This document shows, piece after piece, positions 1 through 9,418 of a stretch of 64,000 nt of DNA (positions are counted from its first letter, which is position 1; each line of letters starts with the position of its first letter). Under the pieces are notes generated by a model that worked only from the letters and a program-made list of their open reading frames with translations, was not told where the DNA came from and did not search any database. Position numbers and translations under genes: made by a program. The stretch is from Anaerolineae bacterium (lineage in GTDB: Bacteria; Chloroflexota; Anaerolineae; UBA1429). The stretch spans positions 576,001 to 640,000 of the forward strand of contig OY776562.1 of NCBI GenBank assembly GCA_963675785.1, read 5' to 3'.

Positions 1-30
1 GCGTCCCCCCATATGGGGGGACGCTTTTTT
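1..30 (+). terminator. Intrinsic terminator hairpin
   Basis: GCGTCCCCCC-ATAT-GGGGGGACGC followed by a T tract. Confidence 0.7.
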
Positions 31-45
31 ATTGGGGCGGGGTTT

Positions 46-618
46 TTACAAAAGGGACTGAATAACTGCTGCGACCTGTTGCGCCAGCAGCGCGTATCCT
101 TGGAGATTATAATGCACCCCGTCGGGGAGTAGGATGTCATCACGCCCGGCTTGTATCACCACGTTGTAGAGATCGTTCATCGGAATATCCAATTTACTGG
201 TAACGGCGCGGGCAAGGTCATTCACCTTTTGCACGTCCTCTTCATAGCGATCAAAATCCTTGTTAGCGTGGTGTCGTGCATAACTCACTGGTGTAGTTAG
301 CGCGAACACGATCTTGGCATTGGTTTCGTTTTGCAAGCGGCTGAGAATGATGCGCAGATTCTCTTCATACACTTCGAACGGCGTTTGCAGGATTTGCGTG
401 TCAAAGGGCCGTTTGATGTCGTGCAGGCCGCAGTTGAGGTGGACGATGTCAGGTTGATGGGCGACCATCCACTCATCCAAGTGAGCTAGCACGTTGCTGC
501 TGGTGCCGCCATTTTCTTTGGGAGAGATGACTGTCGCCTTGTCGCCAAGCAGGGCGCGCACGCCATCTTCATATCCAAGCCGGATTGAATCGCCGATGAG
601 TACCACGATTTTGCTCAT
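46..618 (-). CDS. SGNH/GDSL hydrolase family protein
   Basis: Block I GDSI, block III NCGLHD, block V DGVH. Confidence 0.85.
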   Translation of the reverse strand: MSKIVVLIGDSIRLGYEDGVRALLGDKATVISPKENGGTSSNVLAHLDEWMVAHQPDIVHLNCGLHDIKRPFDTQILQTPFEVYEENLRIILSRLQNETNAKIVFALTTPVSYARHHANKDFDRYEEDVQKVNDLARAVTSKLDIPMNDLYNVVIQAGRDDILLPDGVHYNLQGYALLAQQVAAVIQSLL

Positions 619-699
619 GTTACTGCTTTCTCCTCACTTGAGCACTGAATCAGCTATGTTTATAATCGGACGGAATGTAAACATCAACCGGGGGAAGAG

Positions 700-1518
700 A
701 TGAGCACAGGGTTGGTATTGGCCTGGATATTTGCGGCCTTGATCGAGATTGTGGTTCCAATCATCGCCGCTATTTGGTTCGGCCGCAAGTATCACGTCAA
801 GGTGGCGCCATTCTTGTACGGCGCGGCAATTTTCATCGTGTTTCAGTTGTTGCTGCGTATTCCTATTGTGCAATTGGTGGGAGCGCAGGTTTCGCCCTAT
901 TTGGCCGGACGAATTGGACTGCAGGTGGTCTATTTGGCAGTGCTCGCTTTTACAGCGGCTCTGTTCGAGACGGGTGGTCGCTGGCTAGGTTATCGCTACT
1001 TGTTTGGCAAGTTGCAAAAGGACTGGGCCAACGGCGTAGCCTATGGCCTGGGGCATGGGGGTATCGAATCTGCATTGCTCGTTGGCCTTAGTGCTGTATC
1101 CAATCTGGTGGTAGCATTGGTAGTGGGGGCGATGGGAGCCGAGACTTTGAGCGCTCTGGATCCTACTGTGGCCGCCCAGTTGACCAGCGTGCCACAAATA
1201 TTGACGGATGCAGGTGTGGTTGCGCCGCTTCTGGGCGCGCTGGAGCGTATGTTGACCATTCCCTTCCATGTAGCCATGTCGCTGCTGGTGCTTCTTTCTT
1301 TTACCCGAGGCGAATCCAAGTGGTTCTGGTTGGCGATGGCCGCCCATACGTTTGTCGATTTTACGGCACCCGGACTATCGGCCTTTGGCATTTTGCCCGC
1401 CTGGGGTGTGGAACTCTATATCGCCATCTTTACAGCTCTGTCCATCGTGCTAGTTCTCAAGCTCAAGGGAGAAGGGGATACGGAACCGATTTCTATTGGA
1501 GAGCCCGAGTCGATCTAA
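700..1518 (+). CDS. YhfC-family intramembrane glutamic/metalloprotease
   Basis: Multiple TM segments; motifs ALFETGGR, GLGHGGIES, ERMLTIPFH, AHTFVD. Confidence 0.8.
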   Translation: MSTGLVLAWIFAALIEIVVPIIAAIWFGRKYHVKVAPFLYGAAIFIVFQLLLRIPIVQLVGAQVSPYLAGRIGLQVVYLAVLAFTAALFETGGRWLGYRYLFGKLQKDWANGVAYGLGHGGIESALLVGLSAVSNLVVALVVGAMGAETLSALDPTVAAQLTSVPQILTDAGVVAPLLGALERMLTIPFHVAMSLLVLLSFTRGESKWFWLAMAAHTFVDFTAPGLSAFGILPAWGVELYIAIFTALSIVLVLKLKGEGDTEPISIGEPESI

Positions 1519-1547
1519 AAAAAGGGGAGCCTTAGGCTCCCCTTTTT
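1519..1547. terminator. Bidirectional terminator
   Basis: AAAAAGGGGAGCC-TTA-GGCTCCCCTTTTT between convergent genes. Confidence 0.8.
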
Positions 1548-1559
1548 GGTGTAGTACGT

Positions 1560-2561
1560 TCAGAAGGAACGCTGGGCGCTCTTGTCTTCCCACATATCGA
1601 TATAGGGGCCATAGCCCTGCTTGAGTTCTTCGGAGACGTCGTCCAATGCTTGGAGAACATCGGCAGGTATGTTTGATTGCAGGGATTCGAGATTGCGCAC
1701 CAGCTGAGATCGCTTGCGCCCGCCCATGAGCGTACTAGAGACGGATTTGTGGGAAACGATCCAGCCATAGGCCAATTGGGCCATGGGAATGCCCGATTCT
1801 GCCGAGATAGCGCGCATGCCGTCTAGCATGGTGAACACTTCTTTTTCAAAGCCGGGTTCGGAATGACGGGTGCGGCCACGGCCTCCCCTAAAGTGACGCG
1901 TGCCAGCGCGGAACTCGGGCACGTCATCTGCTGTGGGATAGATGCCAGCCAACAGGCCCTGCATTAGGCCCATATAGGCAATGATCGAGATGCCGTACTT
2001 GCGGCAGCTGGGCATCACCTCGAACTCGATGGCGCGAGTGGCTAGATTGTAAGCCACCTGGTTGCTGGCGATGGGCGCCCCCGTCCAGACGATGCGATCG
2101 AGCTGCTGGACGCCAAAGTTGCTTACGCCCATGGTGCGGATTTTTCCCTCTTTGCGCAGGGCCTGAAGGGTATCGACGGCGGCATCGACAGTCTCGTCTG
2201 GTATGGGCCAGTGAATTTGATATAGGTCGAGGTAATCAGTGTTCAGCCGCTTGAGGCTGGCTTCACAACTGGCACGCAGAGAATCAGGATTGACGGCGTT
2301 CCAGGGACATACCTTGCTAGCGATGATCACTTGATCCCGTTTGCCTGCCAAGGCCTTGCCCAGCACGATTTCGCTTTGGCCTTCATTATACAGTTCGGCG
2401 GTATCGAAAAAGTTGATGCCGGCATCGATGGCTGCGTGAACGGTGGCAATACCCTCGGCTTCGTCGGTGTCTTCCCAACCGCTGCCGCCGCCCAGGGGCC
2501 AGGCGCCAAATCCTACAATGCTGACTCGAAGGTCGGAGCCTCCAAGAGGTCTGTATTCCAC
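1560..2561 (-). CDS. Aldo/keto reductase
   Basis: GINFFDTAELY, ASK, LDLYQIHWP, GVSNF motifs; GTG start. Confidence 0.92.
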   Translation of the reverse strand: MEYRPLGGSDLRVSIVGFGAWPLGGGSGWEDTDEAEGIATVHAAIDAGINFFDTAELYNEGQSEIVLGKALAGKRDQVIIASKVCPWNAVNPDSLRASCEASLKRLNTDYLDLYQIHWPIPDETVDAAVDTLQALRKEGKIRTMGVSNFGVQQLDRIVWTGAPIASNQVAYNLATRAIEFEVMPSCRKYGISIIAYMGLMQGLLAGIYPTADDVPEFRAGTRHFRGGRGRTRHSEPGFEKEVFTMLDGMRAISAESGIPMAQLAYGWIVSHKSVSSTLMGGRKRSQLVRNLESLQSNIPADVLQALDDVSEELKQGYGPYIDMWEDKSAQRSF

Positions 2562-2645
2562 GTGGTTTTCTCCTCAACTACAATGACGATCGCTCAAATC
2601 TTAGGTTCGGTGGGCGGGGCTGTCAAGGTGTTGATTGGGGCATCG

Positions 2646-2674
2646 TTGACGGCCCGCGTAGCCTGTTCTAGAAT
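2646..2674 (+). promoter_or_regulatory. Putative sigma70 promoter of the SbcCD-like operon
   Basis: TTGACG-N17-TAGAAT. Confidence 0.6.
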
Positions 2675-2705
2675 GCTTGACAGTCTATACAGGGAAAGAG
2701 CGTAG

Positions 2706-3800
2706 ATGATTCACATTTTACACACATCAGATGTGCAGCTCGATGCAACTTTGGGGTTCTTGGGGGAGCGTGCGCCCGAGCAACGCCGCCGTCTGCTGAC
2801 TACCTTTGAGCGTATTCTTGCGCTTGCCGTGGATGGGCATTATGACCTGGTGGTGATTGCTGGCGATCTCTTTGATACGCCCAGGCCCACTGAAGCCACG
2901 TTGACTCGCGCTCAGCGGGCTTGTGGAGCTAACTGCCTGCCCATCGCCATTCTGCCCGGCAACCATGATCATTATGGCCAGGGCTCGGTCTATCGCGACA
3001 GCCGCTGGCCAAGCAATGTGCACATTATGGATGGCCAGCCCTGGCAGCCGGCCGGCCTCGATTTGCTGGTGCACGGCCACCCCTTGGCCTCGGCGCACGA
3101 TTCGCGCCCGTTGAACGATGTGACTCGTAGCGGTGACTGTCAGTTCGAGATCGCCCTGGCCCATGGTAATTATGAGCGCGCCGACTTTGGCCAAGTGAGC
3201 CGACCCATCAGTGCTGAGGCACTGCGCGCTACGGGCATGGACTATGTGGCTTTGGGCGATTGGCATGCGCCTGCCGAATACAGCCAGAGCAGTGTAAAAG
3301 CTTGGTATAGCGGCGCACCAGAGCCCACGGCTTTCTCGCAGGCGGATGCTGGCTATGTGTTGGATGTTCGCCTGGATGATACAGGTGTCTCGGTGAACCC
3401 CGTGCAAGTGGGCGAGAGCCGTGCCCAGGTGCTGGAACTTGATGCCACCGGCCTTACGGCTGAACAAGTGGAAACGCGTATTACTCAGTTGGCCGATCCT
3501 TTGTTGATGCTGGATGTGCATATCTATGGCGCGGTTTTGCCCGGCGAGCTGGTGGATGTGAACCAACTTGCGGCCCGAATCGAGGCTTCCTTCTTTTCAC
3601 TACGCATCAGCGATGATGCCCACGTATTGGCGGCCTCGCTGGAGGATATCGAGCGCGAAGGATCGCCACTACGAGCCAGCTATGTGCGATTGATGCGGGC
3701 CCGGATGCAAGAGGCTGTGGATGAGACCGAACGATACCGCTTGGAGCGCGCGTTGGCCCTGGGTTTGGCGCTGCTCGATGGAAAGCGGGTGCTCTCATGA
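2706..3800 (+). CDS. SbcD/Mre11-like (YhaO-type) metallophosphoesterase nuclease
   Basis: HTSDVQL, AGDLFD, PGNHD, AHG, LGDWH, YSGAPEP; ATGA overlap with the downstream ATPase. Confidence 0.85.
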   Translation: MIHILHTSDVQLDATLGFLGERAPEQRRRLLTTFERILALAVDGHYDLVVIAGDLFDTPRPTEATLTRAQRACGANCLPIAILPGNHDHYGQGSVYRDSRWPSNVHIMDGQPWQPAGLDLLVHGHPLASAHDSRPLNDVTRSGDCQFEIALAHGNYERADFGQVSRPISAEALRATGMDYVALGDWHAPAEYSQSSVKAWYSGAPEPTAFSQADAGYVLDVRLDDTGVSVNPVQVGESRAQVLELDATGLTAEQVETRITQLADPLLMLDVHIYGAVLPGELVDVNQLAARIEASFFSLRISDDAHVLAASLEDIEREGSPLRASYVRLMRARMQEAVDETERYRLERALALGLALLDGKRVLS

Positions 3801-6028
3801 GAATTCGAGAGATGCAGGTTCACCGCTTTCGCCAACATTTGGATGCCCACTATGTCTTTGATGAGGGTTTGAATGTCATTGTGGGGCCTAATGAATCGGG
3901 CAAAAGCTCGCTGCAAATGGCCATTCTTTTTGCCCTGTTTGGCAATCCACGCCATACCACGCTGGATCGCAAGATCAAAGTGGACGACTATGCCACTTGG
4001 GGCGCTAATGCGCCTTTTGCCATTGAGCTGGATTTTGATGCTGCTGGCGGTAGTTACCACCTGGCCAAGGATTGGCAAGCCGGCACCGCACGGCTAGAAC
4101 TGCCCGAAGGTGCTCCGCTGACCGATGCTGACGCAGTGCAGCAGACCATGGAGGTTTTGATCGGCTGTGTTTCTTCTGGCCTTTATATGAACACTGCTTG
4201 TGTTCGCCAGGATGATCTGGCCTCAATTACGGATGGTCAGGCGGCTATTGGCGCAGCTTTATTACAACGCCTCTCCAGCGCCGACGAACCCAGTTTGGCC
4301 GATGTAACGGCCCTATTGGATAAATCCGTGAGTGCGCAAAAGAACAAAGGCAACAAAGCCCCCGGATCCATCGTCAGGATTCCGCGCGAACTGGATACTC
4401 TGTCGCAAGAGATGGCCCGCATTCGACCAGATGCTGATCGTGTTCATGAGGCTCGTGAAGAGCTCGCCGAGTTGCAAGCACGCCATTCCGAGATTGCGGT
4501 AGCCCTCAAGGAGCAGGAGGCTATCAAAGAGGCCTTGGCTCGATCGTCGCGCTGGGAAGCCCAGCAAGCCCAAGCCCAACAGGATGAGGTTGCACTGGAA
4601 GATTCGTTGGAGCGCATTGATGTGGCCCTCAAACGCCAGGCAGAGGCGGCAGCCTTGGAGGTTGAACTACAAGCCTTTGGCGTTGAAGGTTTGAACCAGG
4701 AAGTGAACAATGCTTCTACACGTGCCGAGGTGGCCGCCGAGCAAACGCAGGCGCTCTCTTTCGAGTTCGAGGACAAACAGTGCGAGACGAACGAGATACT
4801 GGCCGAACTCGACCGACGCCGTGACGAGCTGGAATCTGTGGATTCTGCTGTCGCAGAAAAAAAGCCCGTTTCTTTTGTGGCCTTGATTGCTGGGGCCGTG
4901 TTGCTGATTGTCGGAGGGCTGCTCTATTCCAGCAATCACACCTTGGGCCCTGTCATCGCCGTAACTGGGGGTATCATCCTGAGCGTGCAGATGATTCTGC
5001 AACGGCAGAAGGCAGCCAAGGTTCGTGCTGTGCAGGAACAACGCAAGACCGAGCTGGTTGATATCGAGATGCAACGCACCCATCTACACGAGGCATTGGA
5101 AGAGGTGCGGCAGGCGCTGGCGAAAGCCAATGAGGCTGAGTCCAAAGCCCAGCAGAATGTAGCGCAATTGCTGGCTCGGACCGGGGCAGCTTCTCTGGCC
5201 GATTTCACTGAAAAGAATGGCCAATATCAACAGGCGCACCAAACGCGCCTTCTCGCCCAAACTGAACTAGAGACCTTACTGCAGGGTAGGCCGCGTGAGG
5301 AACTGGAAACGGCGCGGAGGAATGCCTCCAAAGTGCGACGTGATGCCCTCGAGGCTCTAGAAGATGAAAGTATTGCTGCTGTGGTGGACATGAGTGCTGC
5401 AGAGCGCCAGCGGATTGTGAACCAGATTGAGGCCTTGGAAGAGCAGGCTGACGAACTGGATGATAAGCTCATTCGCTGCCAGACGATCATTGAACATGCC
5501 GGTGACGCCGATACGCGTTTACTGGATCTGGAGGCACGCCAGCAAAGTCTGCAGGAGCAGCTCAAACGGGCTGAAGACTGGTTGAGCGTGTGCCAGATTG
5601 CCCAAGAGGTTATGCAAGAGGCGGGCGTGGTGGCGGCAGAGACCGTGCGCGAGCGCCTAGAGCCCGTTATTTCTGATTCACTACACATGCTGACTGAACA
5701 CTATGTCCAGGCTCGAGTCAATGCCGATCTCTCAGTCGAGGTATATGATGCGGCGGCGGATCGCTGGTTAACACCCGAGACCGGCACCCTGAGCGAAGGG
5801 ACGGTGGATCAGGTCTATCTCATCAGCCGCCTGGCTATGGTGCAGGCCCTTTTTGACGACGATACGCCGCCTGTGATGCTGGATGACCCCTTTGTGACCT
5901 TTGATGCAGTCCGGCGGGCCAAAGCGCTGGCTTTATGCCGGGAACTGGCCTCCAAGTATCAGATTCTGCTGTTCACTTGTCATGCCGATTTGGCTACTGC
6001 TGATGACCACGTCATCGAGCTGATTTGA
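3797..6028 (+). CDS. SbcC/Rad50-like (YhaN-type) coiled-coil ABC ATPase with central TM hairpin
   Basis: Walker A GPNESGKS, signature LSEGT, Walker B MLDDPF, H-loop FTCH; long coiled coils; two hydrophobic helices mid-protein. Confidence 0.85.
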   Translation: MRIREMQVHRFRQHLDAHYVFDEGLNVIVGPNESGKSSLQMAILFALFGNPRHTTLDRKIKVDDYATWGANAPFAIELDFDAAGGSYHLAKDWQAGTARLELPEGAPLTDADAVQQTMEVLIGCVSSGLYMNTACVRQDDLASITDGQAAIGAALLQRLSSADEPSLADVTALLDKSVSAQKNKGNKAPGSIVRIPRELDTLSQEMARIRPDADRVHEAREELAELQARHSEIAVALKEQEAIKEALARSSRWEAQQAQAQQDEVALEDSLERIDVALKRQAEAAALEVELQAFGVEGLNQEVNNASTRAEVAAEQTQALSFEFEDKQCETNEILAELDRRRDELESVDSAVAEKKPVSFVALIAGAVLLIVGGLLYSSNHTLGPVIAVTGGIILSVQMILQRQKAAKVRAVQEQRKTELVDIEMQRTHLHEALEEVRQALAKANEAESKAQQNVAQLLARTGAASLADFTEKNGQYQQAHQTRLLAQTELETLLQGRPREELETARRNASKVRRDALEALEDESIAAVVDMSAAERQRIVNQIEALEEQADELDDKLIRCQTIIEHAGDADTRLLDLEARQQSLQEQLKRAEDWLSVCQIAQEVMQEAGVVAAETVRERLEPVISDSLHMLTEHYVQARVNADLSVEVYDAAADRWLTPETGTLSEGTVDQVYLISRLAMVQALFDDDTPPVMLDDPFVTFDAVRRAKALALCRELASKYQILLFTCHADLATADDHVIELI

Positions 6029-6048
6029 TTGCAAACCAGGAGGGTATC

Positions 6049-7110
6049 ATGAAGTGTGCCGTGTTATATGGCGTGCGCGATGTGCGCATCGAGGATAGAC
6101 CCGTTCCTAATGCCGCTGCCGGGCAAGTGTTGGTACACATTACCCGTGTGGGCGTGTGCGGCAGTGACGTGCATTATTATACCAACGGACGTATTGGTGA
6201 TTTCATCGTCGAGGCCCCCATGATTTTGGGACACGAAAGCGCTGGTGTGATCGAGGCGGTGGGCGAGGGCGTAACTGGCTTTGCTCCTGGCGACCGCGTC
6301 ACTTTGGAGCCAGGTTATACCTGTGGCAAGTGTTTTTTTTGCAAGACTGGCCACTATAACCTCTGCCCCGATGTGACCTTTATGGCCACGCCGCCCATCG
6401 ATGGCGCCTTTTGCGAGTATGTGGCCTGGCCGGCCGATTTTTGTTACCACCTGCCTGATGGTATGAGCGATGAAGAGGGCGCCATGATGGAGCCGCTCTC
6501 GGTGGGCATGTGGGCTACGCGGCGCGGACAGGTCAAACCGGGCGATGCCGTGGCGGTGTTTGGTGCAGGGCCCATTGGTTTGGTGACCTTGCAGGCGGCT
6601 AAGGCCGCCGGGGCCACCACCTTGATCGCCGTGGATATCGAGGATTTTCGCCTCGACTGGGCTAAAAAGTTGGGAGCCACGCATACTGTCAATGCTCGTC
6701 AGGCGGATGCCATCGCCGAGATCATGCGCATCACCGATGGACTGCGCGGCGCTGGCGCAGCCTTTGCTGGCGTGGATGTGGCCTTTGAGACTGCGGGTGC
6801 GGTGCCCACCACGCGCAATGCCTTGGCTGCGACCCGTCGCGGTGGGGTGGCGGTGTTGGTGGGGCTTCCGCCCGATGCCATGGTTGAGTTAGATATCGTC
6901 TCGGCAGCCAGCAAAGAGATAGATATCCGCGGCATGTTCCGCTATGCCAACCAGTATCCGGCATCGCTGGCCTTGGTATCTGCGGGGACTATCGACGTGG
7001 CCTCGTTAGTGACGCATCACTTTTCTTTGGACAAGGCCGAGGATGCCCTGCGTTTTGCCGACGAGCACAAGTCAGAAGCCATCAAGGTTGTTGTTGACAT
7101 AACGGAGTAG
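6049..7110 (+). CDS. Zn-dependent polyol (sorbitol/iditol-like) dehydrogenase
   Basis: GVCGSD, GHE, CGKCFFCKTGHYNLC, GAGPIG; AGGAGG RBS supports ATG 6049. Confidence 0.9.
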   Translation: MKCAVLYGVRDVRIEDRPVPNAAAGQVLVHITRVGVCGSDVHYYTNGRIGDFIVEAPMILGHESAGVIEAVGEGVTGFAPGDRVTLEPGYTCGKCFFCKTGHYNLCPDVTFMATPPIDGAFCEYVAWPADFCYHLPDGMSDEEGAMMEPLSVGMWATRRGQVKPGDAVAVFGAGPIGLVTLQAAKAAGATTLIAVDIEDFRLDWAKKLGATHTVNARQADAIAEIMRITDGLRGAGAAFAGVDVAFETAGAVPTTRNALAATRRGGVAVLVGLPPDAMVELDIVSAASKEIDIRGMFRYANQYPASLALVSAGTIDVASLVTHHFSLDKAEDALRFADEHKSEAIKVVVDITE

Positions 7111-7113
7111 AGT

Positions 7114-8556
7114 GTGAATTTCATCTTTTTCTTTCCCGACGAGATGCGCGCTGACGATATTTCATGCTATGGGCATCCGTTGGTACAGATGCCCAACTAT
7201 GATCGCCTAGCACAAGACGGCGTACGCTTTGAGCAGTGCCATGTACAGCACACGGTTTGTTCGCCCTCACGCTGCAGCCTGTTCACCGGTTGGTATCCGC
7301 ACGTGGCTGGGCATCGCACGCTGTGGCATTTGCTGCGTCCTCACGAGCCTAACCTGCTGCGTTACCTGCACCAGGCCGGTTATCACGTCGAGTGGTTTGG
7401 CAAGAACGACGTGTTTGCCCCGGAATGCTTTGCTAAAGCCGTTGACCATTGGGAGAGCGCCTCGGGCGGACACAGTGGCCCCAACGCCCATGCTTTTAGC
7501 AGTGAGGCCTACTATAGCTTTGACGCCCAGCCCTTTGATGGCGCCTTGAGCGAGACCAGCGATATGAAGCAAGTGCAGGGCGGTATCGATTTCTTGCGCT
7601 CGCGCCAGCCCGATGACGCGCCCTTTTTCTTGTTTTTGCCGCTTTCTATGCCTCATCCGCCCTATGGCGCGCCCGAACCCTTCCATAGTATGTATGCTCC
7701 AGAAGATGTTCCCGATCTTCGCCCCACGGATCTAGAGGGCAAGCCCGATTACTATCAACTTGTTCGTAGCTATCGTCATCTCGACCAATTGGATGAGGTG
7801 ATGCTCAGGCATATCCGTGCCACCTACCTGGGCATGAACAGTTATTGCGATTGGATGCTTGGCCAATTGCTAAATGCTCTGGATGAAACCGGCCTAGCCG
7901 AGGAAACCTGCCTCATCGTCTCTTCCGACCACGGCGATTGGGCCGGCGATTACGGCCTGGTGGAAAAGTGGCCCAGCGCTCTGGACGATTGCCTGACCCG
8001 CGTGCCCTTGCTGGTGCGTTTGCCCGGTGGCACCCAGGGAAGAACCATCGAGGGGCCAGTGGAGCTCATGGATTTGATGCCCACTGTGCTCGAACTGGCG
8101 GGGATCACCCCGCGACATACTCATTTCGCGACCTCGCTACTGCCCGAGCTGATGGGACAGCGCGATAATCTGCATCGCGCCGTCTATGCCGAGGGTGGCT
8201 ATGATCTCCATGAACCCCATTGCTTTGAGGGTCGCTGGAGTGATTACGATATTCCTCGCGATGAGCAGCATATCTATTGGCCCAAGGGCCTGCAGCAACA
8301 AGAACATCCCGAGAGCGTCTGCCGCTCGGCCATGGTGCGCACCCAGATGTTCAAGTTGGTTCAGCGTACCAACGGTGTCTGCGAGTTGTACGATTTGGAA
8401 CGTGACCCGCTGGAATTGGACAATGTTTACCGTGATCCCCGATATACAGATGTCCAGCGTCAGCTTGAAGCTGACTTGCTCAACTGGTATATGCGTACCG
8501 CTGATGTAACCCCCATGGACGAGAATCCGCGCGGTCTGCCCGGTCAAACTGAATGA
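7114..8556 (+). CDS. Sulfatase (Cys-type)
   Basis: CSPSR signature, SSDHGD, ELYDLERDP. Confidence 0.88.
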   Translation: MNFIFFFPDEMRADDISCYGHPLVQMPNYDRLAQDGVRFEQCHVQHTVCSPSRCSLFTGWYPHVAGHRTLWHLLRPHEPNLLRYLHQAGYHVEWFGKNDVFAPECFAKAVDHWESASGGHSGPNAHAFSSEAYYSFDAQPFDGALSETSDMKQVQGGIDFLRSRQPDDAPFFLFLPLSMPHPPYGAPEPFHSMYAPEDVPDLRPTDLEGKPDYYQLVRSYRHLDQLDEVMLRHIRATYLGMNSYCDWMLGQLLNALDETGLAEETCLIVSSDHGDWAGDYGLVEKWPSALDDCLTRVPLLVRLPGGTQGRTIEGPVELMDLMPTVLELAGITPRHTHFATSLLPELMGQRDNLHRAVYAEGGYDLHEPHCFEGRWSDYDIPRDEQHIYWPKGLQQQEHPESVCRSAMVRTQMFKLVQRTNGVCELYDLERDPLELDNVYRDPRYTDVQRQLEADLLNWYMRTADVTPMDENPRGLPGQTE

Positions 8557-8571
8557 TGTGAGGATAGATTG

Positions 8572-9372
8572 ATGGCCTTGGAGATTGTAAAACAGGATGT
8601 TCAGACGGGCCGGATTCGCCACGCTCTGTTTGATTTCGACGGCACCATCTCCCTCATCCGCCAGGGGTGGCAGGACATCATGACGCCGCTCATGGTGGAG
8701 GTATTGGCCGCTACGCCGCTGGCTGAGCCGCAGGATGAGTTGGAACGTCTCGTCCCCGAGTTCATCGCCCGCACCACCGGCAAACAGACCATCTATCAGA
8801 TGATGGGCCTGGCCGATATGGTGCGTGAGCGGGGTGGTGAGCCGCTGGAAGCTCTAGAATACAAGAAAGAGTATCTCAGACGGTTGGATATTCACATTGC
8901 TGACCGCGTGAACGGCCTTAAGGCGGGGACTATTCAATCAGAGACACTCATTGTGCCGGGGGCGGTTGATTTTTTGCGTGCCTTACACGAGCGGGGTGTG
9001 CGCTGTTATTTGGCTAGCGGCACCGACATCGGCTATGTGCGTGCTGAGGCCGTGGCCTTGGGTGTGGCCCACTGGTTCGGCGAGGACATTTACGGCGCTC
9101 TGGACGATTGGAAGAGTTATTCCAAGGCCATGGTCATAGAGCGCATCATTAAAGAGAATGGCCTGCAAGGTAGCGAACTGGCCGCCTTTGGCGATGGCTA
9201 TGTAGAGATCGAGGAAGTGGTCAAAGTAGGGGGCATTGCCGTGGGTCTGGCCACCGACGAGGTGGGTTTGACTGAGGTGGATGCATGGAAACGTCAGCGT
9301 TTGATCAAAGCCGGCGCTCAGGTTATTGTGCCCAATTTTTCTTCTGAACTGGTGGATTGGCTCTTTAGTTAG
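8572..9372 (+). CDS. HAD-superfamily hydrolase
   Basis: FDFDGT motif I, ASG motif II, FGDG motif IV. Confidence 0.8.
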   Translation: MALEIVKQDVQTGRIRHALFDFDGTISLIRQGWQDIMTPLMVEVLAATPLAEPQDELERLVPEFIARTTGKQTIYQMMGLADMVRERGGEPLEALEYKKEYLRRLDIHIADRVNGLKAGTIQSETLIVPGAVDFLRALHERGVRCYLASGTDIGYVRAEAVALGVAHWFGEDIYGALDDWKSYSKAMVIERIIKENGLQGSELAAFGDGYVEIEEVVKVGGIAVGLATDEVGLTEVDAWKRQRLIKAGAQVIVPNFSSELVDWLFS

Positions 9373-9377
9373 TCGTT

Positions 9378-9418
9378 ACAAAAGCAGCGAGCCGGGTGTT
9401 TGCCCGGCTCGTTTTGTT
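9378..9418. terminator. Terminator between convergent HAD and topoisomerase genes
   Basis: GCGAGCCGGG...CCCGGCTCGT stem flanked by A/T tracts. Confidence 0.65.

Noticed and set aside
2727-3566. 279-aa minus-strand ORF (and the similar 58311-59102)
   Set aside because: Antisense to well-supported genes; no motifs
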